From NCBI RefSeq assembly GCF_963921235.1, contig NC_086097.1, positions 151,158,001 through 151,222,000 of the forward strand: 64,000 nucleotides of DNA. The letters run 5' to 3'. The stretch comes from Mobula hypostoma (lineage: Eukaryota). Shown here one piece after another: positions 39,062-50,475 of the stretch. The stretch's first letter is position 1. Each line of letters begins with the position of its first letter. The position numbers and the translations under genes were made by a program. The notes under the pieces were generated by a model. The model was not told the DNA's origin. It did no database searches and saw nothing but the letters and a program-made list of their open reading frames with translations.

Positions 39062-40547
39062 TGATTACATCCACAGTGAAGAAGCGTTTTAAGAGGCTTG
39101 TGTTGAAGCATATCAGCTCCTGCCTGAGTGGCGATTTGGATCTGCTCCAGTTTGCCTACCGTAGCAACAGGTCTATAGAAGATGCCATCTCATTGGGTCT
39201 TCACTCAAACCTGGAACATCTGGACAGCAAAGCTGCATACATGAGGGTGCTCTGTATCAGTTACAGCTCAGCATTTAATACCATCATCCCCTCAAAAATA
39301 ATCAGCAAACTCCGAGACCTAGGCCTCAATATCCCCTTGTACAATTGGATCCTAGATTTCCTCACTAGCAAACTCCAGTCAGTTCAGACTGGCAAAAGCA
39401 TCTCCTCCACGATCTCCATCAGCACAGGAGAATAGCAGGAATGTGTGTTTAGCCTCCTGCTCTACTCGCTTTATCCTGTGACTTTGTGGCTAAGGACAGC
39501 TCCAACATCATGTACAAGTTTGCTGATGACACCACTGTTGTGGGCTGTATCAAAGGTGGTGATGAATTAACCTACAGGAGGGAAATTGAAAATCTGGCTG
39601 AGTGGTGTAAGAACAACACCCTCTCACTCAGTGTCAATAAGACCAAGAAACTGTTTGTAGACTTCAGGAGAGGGAAACCAGAAGTCCATGAGCCAGTCGT
39701 CATCAGAGGATCAGAGATGGGGAGGGTTAGTAACTTTAAATTCATGGGTGTAACTATCACAGAGGACCTGTCCCGGACCCACCAATTAAATATAATTGCA
39801 AAGAAAGCATGACAGCTCCTCTACTTCCTTACGATTCTGCGGAGATCGGGCATGTCATCAAAAAAGTAGACAAACGTCTATAGATGTGCGGTGGACAGTA
39901 TGCTGACTGGCTGCATTACAGCCCGGTATGGGAACACAAATGCCTTCGAGCAAAAAATCCTACAAAAGGGAGTGGATTCAACGGGTACATCATGTGTAAA
40001 ACCACTCACCCCGCGCCCCCCCCCAAACCATTGAGCACACCTACATGAAACGGTGTCTTAGAAATGCAGCACCCGTCATCAAAGGATCTCACCACCCAGG
40101 CCATACACTTTTCTCGCTGCTGCCTTTGGGTAGAATATACAGGTGCCTCAGGACTTGCACCACTAGGTTTGAGATCTGCCCCTCAACCATCAGGATCTTG
40201 AACAGAAGTAGATAACTACACTCATCCTACTTCTGCTGTTCCCACAACGGACAGTCTTACTTGATGGACTCTTTATATTGTTCTCTTGTGATTTCATGCT
40301 TTTGTTATTTATTTGCTATCTGCAGACAGTCTTACTTGGTGGACTCTTTATATTGTTCTCTTGTGATTTCATGCTTTTGTTATTTATTGCTATTTATTTA
40401 CATTTGCACTGCACAGTTTGTTGTTTATTGATCCTGTTTATAGTTACTGTTCTCTAAATTTGCTAAGTATGCCCACAGAAAAAGAATCTCAGGGTTGAAT
40501 GTGGTGACATGTACATACGCTAATAATAAATTTTACTTTGAACTTTG
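39062..40547 (+). mobile_element. Rex1/Babar LINE RT-to-tail fragment
   Basis: [38 protein letters not shown]; tail ttttactttgaactttg. Confidence 0.93.
40250..40393 (+). repeat. Tandem duplication of ~74 bp in the Rex 3' UTR
   Basis: gacagtcttacttg(a/g)tggactctttatattgttctcttgtgatttcatgcttttgttatttatt occurs twice. Confidence 0.95.
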
Positions 40548-40883
40548 AGACTAAAACTAGAGGTCATGGGTTAAGGGTGAAAGTTGAAATGTTTAAAGGG
40601 AATCTGAGGTGGAACTGCTTCACTCAGAAGATGGTGGTAGTGTGCAACGAGCTGCCAGCAGAAGTGATGGATATGGATTTGATTTCAACATTTAAGAGAA
40701 ATGTGGGTAAGTACATGGATGGGAAGGTTATGGAGAGCTATGGTCCAGGTGCAGGTTGATGGGACTAGGCAAAATTAATAGTTTGGCACAAACTAGGTGG
40801 GCCACAGGCCTGTTTCTGTGCTGTAGTGCTCTATTACTCAATGTTTGCAGCTTAAACTGAGCATTTGCATTTTATAGCACTTG

Positions 40884-41420
40884 CGGTACTGTGCAAAAGT
40901 CTTAGACATATATATATAACTAGGGTGCCTATCACTTTTACATAGTACTGTAGTAATTTAATGTATTGCACTGTATTGCTGCAAAAAGAATCATGACATA
41001 TGTGGGTGATGATAAACCTGATTCTGATATGGGTCTCTGTTGTGGATTGAAAGCAGGAAGGAAACAGGGAGAGGGGAGTCATGGTTGGGAAAAGGGGAAG
41101 GGAGAGGTGAGGGAACGGGAAGCAACAGAGAGACAATCTGCAATGATCAATAACCAATTTTTTTGGAATCAAATGACCTTGCCTGGTGTCTCAGGGTTGG
41201 GTGTGTCTGCAGCTGTGCCACACCTCTGCCCCGGGCACTCCTTCTCTGCCACCTGTCTGACACTCCTCCCACAGTGCTCCACCCTTGCTACTCCCTACAT
41301 CCTTTGCTCTTGCCAGATTTACAAACATGCTCTCCACTCCATGTTGACAAATACGGTACTGCGCAAAAATCTTAGGCAGGTATATACAGCTAGTATGTCA
41401 GAGACTTTTGCACAGTACGA
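40884..41420. mobile_element. Composite Tc1/mariner-type MITE: two palindromic ~67-bp mini-units bracketing ~400 bp of passenger DNA
   Basis: 40884-40950 cggtactgtgcaaaagtcttag..cttttacatagtactg|ta and 41354-41420 ta|cggtactgcgcaaaaatcttagg..gacttttgcacagtacga|ta. Confidence 0.8.
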
Positions 41421-42250
41421 TACAACAACATATTCCATCATTTTCTCTTGTTTGAGAGCAGTTTAATCACACAGTAGATTGGATTTGTCTTTCTTTTAGA
41501 AGATGAAACATACTGTACTATAATTTTTCACATCGGATATGTGCTAGTGCTGTAACTACTTCACTCAAATATATTAGAGATCCAGATCTCAAAAATAAAT
41601 TAATCTAATAATTTCACCATCACTATGAGTTAAACTAGTTACACTTTTAAACTCTAGATTAATGAGTTAACTGAATTTAAATATCCCAGATTCATCAAAA
41701 TACCTTTTTAAATGTAATTCCATAACTTGCCTTTCAGTTCATTTGTTCATGCTATGACATGTACCCAACCATACCAGCTTCTGGATTTTAGACTCTCTAA
41801 CTCTCCAGAATATGGATAGCTGGCTCAGCCCCTTTAAAGGTTCAGGACCATCTGCCTAATTGGCAGTCATGTTTCTGGTCACCAAGAATTGAGTATTTGA
41901 AGAGCACCTGAACGGAGCCTCAGTGCTCGGTCATAAGCCCAACCAAAGTAATCATCCAGCATTTGTTTTGGGCTCAGTTCTTGCTCCAGTTTTATTCTGT
42001 GTCTCGATCCTAGCCTCGGGTACTCCAGCATTTTGGCCCAAATCATCCTCGTCAAGGAATCCCGTCACAGTTCAGGTCTCTTGATTACTAATGCAGTAAT
42101 TTAACCAGTACTGTATGTCACCATAGTTATGGAAAAAAAGAGGAAAGTTTGTAGTGGGATAGAGAGCAGGACTAAAGAAATAATAGAAAAGGTAAAGGCA
42201 GAAGGAAGATCAATATGAATAATATTATTCCAATAATATATTAATTGCTA

Positions 42251-42351
42251 TCATACTCATTAATATACTATGATCAATAGTATATCAGCAATATATTAGT
42301 CATACTCATTAATATACTATGATCAATAGTATATCAGCAATATATTAGTCA
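42251..42351 (+). repeat. Perfect tandem duplication of ~49 bp (AT-rich)
   Basis: tcatactcattaatatactatgatcaatagtatatcagcaatatattag x2. Confidence 0.95.
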
Positions 42352-42689
42352 TTACTATATTAGTAACATAGTAATATTGGACCTATACCAGCTACTGATA
42401 TGAAGGTGTCATGTTTGGTCACAGCAGTCTCTCCAGGTCCAAACAAAAGTGTAATTGTTCATTCTTTATTTGTTTTTTTATGAACATCAGATACTGCAGG
42501 TCTACTCCACTAGTGAGTTGCTCAATAGTGATGGAGCTGGACTTGCTGTGGGTTGTGTTCCAGCCTGCTACAGGAATGCTTGAGAGGCAATGCGTGGTCC
42601 AAATGATCGCCTTGGACGTTTTCCCAGTGTTTGCAAGACCCTGTTGCACATTGGCAATGTAGAATACTGCAAGTCCAGTTTACTGCTTT

Positions 42690-43168
42690 ATAGGTGAGAC
42701 TGATGGCAGGGGAGCTGCGTGATTTTGCCTGTGGCGCGGACCAGGCCCTATGCCTCGCAGTCTCCTGTTGCAACCGCCCATGGGGGGTGGGGAGAGACAC
42801 CGGTGGCAGTGTGCCATGCTGCATTCGGGTCTCGCCCCTCCAGTCATTGCTGCTCTCCAGTTTTTGCTTGGTGGAAGACAAGCTGGAATGCCTTCATCTG
42901 CGGTTACACTAGCACGCGATGATAGGACTGCTGCAGGCTTGCTCTTGACGACAACATCCGATGAACCATAAATCTACTCAGGGACTTGGGCTATAATGCT
43001 GTTATTTTATGTGACTGTATGTTTACAGCTCTCGTAATTATATGTGCCACTTGTGCATTGTGCTGTGTATGACTGTTGGGACTCTTTTGCACCTTGGCCT
43101 CGGAAATATATTTAGCTGTATTCATGGGTATTCATGACTGGTTTGAATGACAATTAAACTTGAACTTA
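42690..43168 (+). mobile_element. Internally deleted Rex derivative (ORF start joined to 3' tail)
   Basis: SPLQSLLLSSFCLVEDKLECL resembles the Rex N-terminus PLPSILLANVQSLDNKL at 16824-17039; tail tgaatgacaattaaacttgaactt. Confidence 0.65.
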
Positions 43169-43567
43169 AAGAAATGGATATAGGACCCAGATCCAAGAGG
43201 AAGAACACTACACTGTAAATGGTGACTACAGAGTTATAGGTGAGTATAGAAAGTCCTGCAAAGTGGAGAACAAGTGGGCCATAGGCAGGGAATATGACAA
43301 GGAGAGGTGGGTAGCTCCCAAGAGCCTGGGCCATTCCAACAGGCGTGTATCAAAGGTGATCTGATCTCCACTTTAAGTAGAAAGGGGCACCTGTGTTGTG
43401 TCTGCAAAGGCAACTCTGAGCTTTCAGTTTTCTGCCAGTTTAGTTACCTATCTTAGTTCCAGTCTCACATGTGGTCTCCTGCATTGTGTTATGTGGCCCA
43501 ATACAAGCTTGAGGAAACACAACTTGGTGGCTGTGAGCATATTGAAGCCCTCTGACTCAATTTTGAG

Positions 43568-44590
43568 TGTGGCCACTGGGAGATCCTGCTTTCTCTGGCG
43601 GACAGAGTGGCCTCCGGGTCCAGCATATAATTCTCCGTAACTTCCGCCACCTCCAACGGGATCCCACCACCAAGCACATCTTTCCCTCCCCCGCCCTTTC
43701 TGCTTTCCACAGGGATCACTCCCTAAGCGACTCCCTTATCCATTCACCACCCCCCCATCCCTTCCCACCAATCTCCCTCCCGGCACTTATCCTTGTAAAC
43801 GGAACAAGTGCTACACATGCCCTTACACTTCCTCCTTCACCATCATTCAGCCCCCAGACAGTCCTTCCAGGTGAGGCGACATTTCACCTGTGAGTCAGCT
43901 GGGGTGATATACTGCGTCCGGTGCTTCCAGTGCGGCCTTCTATATATTGGCGAGACCAGACGCAGACTTGGAATCATTTCACTGAATACCTACGCTCTGT
44001 CCGCCAGAGAAAGCAGGATCTCCCAGTGACCACACATTTTAATTCCACGTCCCATTCCCATTCTGATATGTCCATCCATGGCCTCCTCTACTGCCAAGAT
44101 GAAGCCACACTCAGATTGGAGGAACAACACCTTATATTCCATCTGGGTAGCCTCCAAACTGATGGCATGAACATTGACTTCTCTAATTTCCATTAATGCC
44201 CTTCCTCCCCTTCTTACCCCATCCCTTATTTATTTACTTTCTCCCCTTTCTTTCTCTCTCTTTTTTTCTTCCTCTGTCCCTCTCACTATATCTTCCTCTG
44301 ATGCTCCCCTCCCCCTTTCTTTCTCCTTAGGCATCTCGCCCCATGATCCTCTCCCTTCTCCAGCCTGGTAGCCCTTTGCCAATCAACTTTCCAGCTCTCG
44401 GCTCCATCCCTCCCCGTCCTGTCTTCTCCTATCATTTCAGATCTCCCCCTCCCCCTCCCACTTTCAAATCTTTTACTATCTCTTCTTTCAGTTACTCCTG
44501 ACGAAGGGTCTTGGCCCGAAACGTCGACTGTACCTCTTCCTATAGATGCTGTCTGGCCTGCTGCGTTCACCAGCATTTTGTGTGTGTGGC
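43568..44590 (+). mobile_element. Penelope-like 3' portion (GIY-YIG + terminus) with a short inverted 5' segment
   Basis: RHFTCESAGVIYCVRCFQCGLLYIGETRRRLG and EEQHLIFHLGSLQTDGMNIDF; 43568-43607 is the reverse complement of ~43994-44033. Confidence 0.93.
44492..44530 (+). ncRNA. Minimal hammerhead ribozyme motif in the PLE terminus
   Basis: tactc-CTGACGA-agggtcttggccc-GAAAC-GTC-gactg. Confidence 0.72.
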
Positions 44591-45340
44591 TAACACATTG
44601 CTCTGTTTGTAGCAGGACCAGCCCCCATTTGTAAGACTAACAAGTGTTTTCTATCTCTCTCTGCTAAAACAGTAAAATTGTCTGATTTGCTAGGTACTTC
44701 TTACTCCTCAGTTCTGTGTTTTGAAGATTCTACATCTTTTTTTCCTGTTTCTCTCTCCCCCCCCTCCTCTCTCCCTCTCTCTCTCTTTCTATTATGTTTT
44801 GTAACTCCAAATCATAAAACTAATTGAAGGAAAACAAAGGGTCAGGAATTTGAGTCTTCACTTTTACTTTATGTGAGGTAATTTATTTTATGCAATTTAC
44901 ATATTTTTACATATAACCCATAATGAATTATTTAAACAACAAAGAATGCTTAATCAAACAATACATAATATTACTCAAATATTGCTGAAATATTAAAATA
45001 CAAGACTCCTCCCTGCTTAGCTACAAACTTCAGCTCTATAGAGTGCATTTTAATTCATATACATACACTATATATATGGTATACCTTATAATACAATTTC
45101 TATATAGACATCCAAAGCATAGTAAATTTTAAATGATCCCTTTCAGGCCTAAAGATTTAATTGCCATGGAGGATTTCTTACTCATGTGGGATAATATCTT
45201 TCCTGACAAACTTCACTGCTTGGTAAGTGAAGCTTGTGTCTGTGAAAACAGTATCAGGAACTGGGGCCTCCTTCATGGTGGTTGTAAGAGTTGACTCTGA
45301 GACTGCAGGAGGTAGTTCTGACAGCTCTGTACACTTTTCT

Positions 45341-45958
45341 TCTACTTTTCTCTCTGGATCTTCTATCCTTGTTTCTCCCCCAGTCCCAGCTTCTCTTGCT
45401 TACTTTTATCCACTATTTTTTCTCTCACGTTCCTTCTCTTTTTCACACCTTTCTCTTTTTTGCTCATTTTTTTCTCTGTCTCCACTCTTCTTTTCAACTT
45501 CTTTCTTTTCTTTGCCTTCCTTTTTCTTCTTCTAGTTATTTATTGGTATCTCTGGATTTGCTAATTTCTCAAGCAATCAGGCCTCATCTATCCTCTTTCA
45601 TTTCCATAGTGCCTCTGTCATCATTCTTTTTCTTCAGCCTTTTTCTCTTTCTAGGAGGTACATCCTGATCTTGGAAAGGTGCACTTGGTTCACAAGAATA
45701 TTCTCTTATTAATCCTTCTATTTCTCCCTTTATGATCTGAGCTCTCCGCTTAGTTTCCTTACCAACAACATCATCTGACACATCCTCTGTTCTCATATCT
45801 CCATTGACTACTTTCTTTTTGGCCTTCCATTCATCCAGCTGGGCGTTAGTCTTTGCAACTGTTTTTACAAGCAGCTTTTTGACTCCCACTTGAAGTTCAT
45901 GCGATAACAATGCATGCAGAGTAGATTCTGGTTCTTTATACTCACAAAATTTGAATGC
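45341..45958 (-). pseudogene. RBM25: Processed (intronless) pseudogene fragment of RNA-binding protein 25: end of the RRM through the ER-rich region
   Basis: AFKFCEYKEPESTLHAL..LQVGVKKLLVKTVAKTNAQLDEWKAKKK..ETKRRAQIIKGEIEGLIREYS..PRKRKR..MEMKEDR*GLIA*EISKSRDTNK*LEEEK..RNKDRRSREKSR matches vertebrate RBM25 (AFGFCEYKEPESTLRALRLL..LDEWKAKKK..MEEDKRDLISREISKFRDTHKKLEEEK). Multiple stops, no introns. Confidence 0.93.
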
Positions 45959-46596
45959 CCTCGATTTTTCTAAGCTCCACGTAGCCATCCAGGAGTCTCT
46001 TAAAAGACCCTATTGTTCCGCCTCCACCTCCGCCGCCGGGAGTCCATTCCACGCACTCACCACTCTCTGTGTAAAAACTTACCCCTGCCATCTCCTCTGT
46101 ACCTGCTTCCAAGCACCTTAAAACTATGCCCTCTCGTGCTAGCCATTTCAGCCCTGGGGAAAAGCCTCTGACTATCCACACAATCAATGCCTCTCATCAT
46201 CTTATACACCTCTATCAGGTCACCTCTCATCCTCCGTCGCTCCAAGGAGAAAAGGTCAAGTTCACTCAACCTATTCTCATAAGGCATGCTCCCCAATCCA
46301 GACAACATCCTTGTAAATCTCCTCTGCACCCTTTCTATTGTTTCCACGTCCATCCTGCAGTGAGGCGACCAGAATTGAGCACAGTACTCCAAGTGGGGTC
46401 TGACCAGGGTCCTATATAACTGCAACTTTACCTCTTAGCTCTTAAGCGCAATCCCATGTTTGATGAAGGCCAATGCACTGTACGCCTGCTTAACCACAGA
46501 GTCAACCTGCGCAGCAGCTTTGAGTGTCCTGTGGACTCAGACTCCAAGATCCCTCTGATCCTCCACACTGCCAAGAGTCTTACCATTAATGCTATA
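45957..46596 (-). mobile_element. CR1 fragment (same family as 5102-5929) lacking its 3' UTR and tail
   Basis: LVRPHLEYCAQFWSPH..RGHSFK..LLDGYVELRKIEG then directly RBM25; the tailed counterpart at 5205 continues ..ctatgggtaaccctag. Confidence 0.93.
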
Positions 46597-46598
46597 CG

Positions 46599-49555
46599 TT
46601 AATACAGCCCAAGAGCTGCCAGACATTCCTCACATGGTAACCCTTTCATTCCTGGAATCATTCTCGTGAATCTTTTCTGAACCCTCTCCAATGTCAGTAC
46701 ATCCTCTCTGAAATAAGAAGCCCAAAACCTGTGTGGTCTCACGAGTGCCTTGCAGAGCATTGCATCCTTGCTTTTATACTCTATACCTCTAGAAATGAAT
46801 GCCAACATTGCATTTGCCTTCTTCACCACTGACTCATCCTGGAGGTTAACCTTTAGGGTATCCTGCACAAGGACTCCCAAGTCCCTTTGCATCTCTGCAT
46901 TTTGAATTCTCTCCCCATCCAAATAATAGTCTGCCCGTATATATCTTCCACCGAAGTGCATGACCATACATTTTCCAACATTGTATTTCACTTGCCACTT
47001 CTTTGCCCATTCCCCTAAACTATCTAAGTCTCTCTGCAGGCACTCTGTTTCCTCAAAACTACCTGCTCCTCCACCTATCTTTGTATCATCGGCAAATTTA
47101 GCCACAAATCCATTAATTCCATAGTCCAAATTAGAATCAGAATCAGATTTATTATCACCGGTATGTGACGTGAAGTTTGTTAACTTAGCAGCAGCAGTTT
47201 AATGCAATACATAATCTAGCAGAGAGAAAAATAATAATAAATAAAATAATAATAATAATAAACAAGTAAATCAATTATGTATATTGAATAGATTAAAACA
47301 TGCAAAAACAGAAATACTGTTTATTAAAAAATAGTGAGGTAGTGTCCAAAGATTCAATGTCCATTTAGGAATCAGATGGCGGAGTGGAAGAAGCTGTTCC
47401 TGAATCGCTGAGTGTGTACCTTCAGACTTCTGTATCTCCTACCTGATGGCAACAGTGAGAAAAGGGCATGCCCTGGGTGCTGGAAGTCCTCAATAATGGA
47501 CGCTGCCCTTCTGAGACACCGCTCCCTGAAGATGGCCTAGGTACTTTGTAGGTAAGTACCCAAGATGGAGCTGACATATATCATTGGCATACATTGTAAA
47601 AAGCAGCAGTCCCAACACCAATCGCTGTGGAATTCCACTAACAACTGGAAACTAGTCAGAATAGGATCCCTTTATTCCCACTCCCTGTTTACTGCCGATC
47701 AGCCAATGCTCCACCCATGCTAGTAACTCCCTTGTAATTCCATGGGCTCTTATCTTGCTAAGCAGCCTCATGTACGACACCTTGTCAAAGGCTTTCTGAA
47801 AATCGATGTACACCACATATATTGCATCTCCTTTGTCTACCCTTCTTGTAATTTCCTCAAAGAATTGCAGTAGGTTAGTCAGGCAGGATTTTCCTTTTCG
47901 GAAACCGTGCCGGCTTTGGCCTATTTTGTCATTTGCCTCCAGGTATTCCGTAATCTCATCCCTAACAATTGATTCCAATAACTTCCTACTAACGTCAGGC
48001 TAACAGGTCTATAGTTTCCTTTCTGCTGCCTCCCACCCTTCTCAAATACCAGAGTAACATTTGCAATTTTCCAGTCATCTGGTACAATGCCAGAATCTAT
48101 TGATTCTTGAAAGATCATTGTTAATGCCTCCATAATCTCTCCAGCTACTTCTTTCAGAACCCCAGGGTGCATTCCATCAGGTCCAGGAGATTTATCCACC
48201 CTCAGACCTCAGACCATTAAGCTTCCTGAGCACCTTCTCAGTCGTAAAGTTCACTGCACATACTTCACTTCCCTGACACTCTTGAATGTCCAGTATACTG
48301 CAGAAGTCTTCCACTATGAAGACTAATGTAAAATACGCATTCAGTTCCTCTGCCATCTCTGCATCTCTCATTACAATATCATCAGCATCATTTTCTATTG
48401 GTCCTATATCTACCCTCAACTCTCTTTTACCCTTTATATACTTTAAAAATCTTTTAGTATCTTCTTTGATATCAGTTGCCAGCTTCCTTTCATAATTCAT
48501 CTTTTCCTTCCTAATGACCTTCTTAGTTTCCTTCTGCAAGTTTTTAAAAGCTTTCTATCTTCTCATGAACTTTGGCTTCCTTGTATGCCCTCTCTTTTGC
48601 TTTTACTTTGGCTCTGACTTCACTTGTCAGTCACAGTAGTGTCCTTCTTCCAAACAAAAATTTCTTCTTATTTGTCTTACACTTCACTCATTTTATGCAG
48701 AAACTCCAACCATTGCTGCTCTGCTGTCCTTCCTGCTGGTGTCCCTTTCCAGTCAACCTTGGCCAGTTCCCATCTCATGCCATTGTAATTTCCTTTATCC
48801 ACTGAAATACCAACACATTAGAATTTAGTTTCTCCTTCTCAAATATCGCAGTGAACTCGATTATATTGTGATCACTCTTCCCTAATGGCTCCTTAACCTT
48901 AAGCTCTCTTATCACTTCTGGATCATTGCACAACACCCAATCCAGCACATCCAATCCCCTAGTGGGCTCAACAATGAGCTGTTCTAAAAAGCCATCCCTT
49001 AGACATTCTACAAATTCTGTCCCTTGAGGTCCAGTGCTGACCTGGTTTTCCCAATCCACTTTCATGTTAAAATCCCCAATGATTATCATTGCATTACCCT
49101 TCTGACACGATTTTTCTATCTCTTGCTGTAATTTGTAATCCACATCCAAGCTGCTGTTTGGAAACCTGTTATACAACTGCCATTAGGGTCCTTTTACCCT
49201 TGTCATTTCTTAACTCAACCCATAGGGACTCTACACCTTCCGATCCTATGTTATCACTTTCTAATTATTTAATATTATTTCTTATACACAGGGCCACACC
49301 ACCCCTTCTACCTACTAACCTATCTTTCCGATACACTGTATATCCTTGGATATTCAACTCCGAATGTCAGCCATCCTTCAGCCAATTTTAGAGATGTCCA
49401 CAACGTCATTCTTGCCAATTTGTAGCTGAATTTCAAGATTGTCCATTTTATTTCTTACATTCAAATATAACACTTTCAGTCCAGTATTTGTTGCTTTCTG
49501 CCTTATCTGCACCATGCCTCTATTGCCCCGTAACTCATCTCACTGGCTGTGGAAT
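46599..49555 (-). mobile_element. CR1 ORF2 (endonuclease through RT), 3'-truncated at LGLY
   Basis: TGLKVLYLN, IIGDFNMKVDW, KSDHNII, DKSPGPDGMHP, DFQKAFDKV, KFADDTKIGG. Confidence 0.95.
47131..47575 (-). mobile_element. Rex-type 3' fragment nested in CR1
   Basis: Tail (gattct)n and aataaa at 47131-47152; SIIEDFQHPGHALFSLLPSGRRYRSL..RFRNSFF. Confidence 0.88.
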
Positions 49556-50475
49556 ATTGTGGAATGACTGAAACAGCTGAGCCAGTGTTCAATTCTATTT
49601 TAATTAATTTGCTGTTTACTTTTGGTGTAAGCCATATCACTTGTCTATTGTTAGTTTTTAGATTATAAATCTCAAAGCTACCCAATCCTGCATCACTCTC
49701 ATCATTATCAACAATTTGCAGATTAGTGCTCTTTTTGAAACTGCACTTTGAATTTTTATCCTTTTCTCTTCGCTGTACAGTGTATTTCCCTGCCTGACAT
49801 GCTAATTGTATGTGACCCACTTTGTTGCATTTTCTGCAAGTTTCACCTTCAAACCTGCATTGGTCTGGTGTATGTGAGGCCCTGCCACAACAATAGCACA
49901 AATTGTTCAGCCAGGCCAGCTTCGATTTATAAATTACAATTTTGTTCTTGCTCATTTTCATTCCTGACCGCAACTCAATTGCACCTCTGGCTGCTGTTTC
50001 TATTGATACAGCAATTTCAACTGTTCTTTTCAATATGAGTTGTGTTTCAGTTTGGAGCTGATTTTGAGTGTTTTCTTGTAAGATTCCACAAAGTAAACTA
50101 TCTCTCAATTCATTGTTAAACTCATTACTGAATTGACAATGCTCAAACAACTTCTTCAATTTAGCCACGTACACTGAAATGGACTCTCCTTTTTGATTCC
50201 GTTTATGAAACCTAAAGTGTTCTGCAATCAACAACGGTTTTGGTTTTAAATATTCCTGCATTACTTTCACAATATCAGAAAAGCTCATTTCAGTTGAGCA
50301 GTCAAACTTCAAGCGAACTGTATGTCTTTAAATCCAATGCACTCAGCAAAATTGGCATTTGTTTCTCATTAGCTATTCCATTTATTTTAAAATACTGCAC
50401 AATTCACTAAGTATACAAAATCCAGTAATCTCTTGTGCAATCGATCACGTCAATCTTTTCAATGTAGCAAGCCAT
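49556..50475 (-). pseudogene. Gypsy gag (two CCHC knuckles) and start of aspartic protease, frameshifted near the 5' end
   Basis: ORF 49503-50312: RFHKRNQKGESISVYVAKL, CYCCGRASHTPDQC..CRKCNKVGHIQLAC, ELNTGSAVSVIP (DTG changed to NTG); likely original start gcagaaATGgct at ~50475. Confidence 0.92.

Larger units (their letters stand above)
38565..40840 (+). mobile_element. CR1 3' fragment split by the Rex insertion 39062-40547
   Basis: LHFGRTNQGR..EQRDLG, LEYCVQF; resumes at ~40548 with KTRGHGLRVK..FTQKMV and tail ggcctgtttctgtgctgtagtgctct. Confidence 0.88.

Noticed and set aside
42251..42351. Tandem repeats here and at 40250-40393 and 60918-60977 as CRISPR-like or functional arrays
   Set aside because: Only two adjacent copies each with no spacers, in a vertebrate repeat context; simple local duplications.
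45584..45988. 134-aa ORF as a functional RBM25 gene or exon
   Set aside because: The start lies in CR1 sequence, homology continues past the stop through further stops and frameshifts, and there are no introns; it is a decayed retrocopy.
49503..50312. 269-aa gag ORF as a domesticated gene
   Set aside because: The true start near 50475 is out of frame, the protease DTG is mutated, and the C-terminus runs into CR1. Nothing visible indicates selection.
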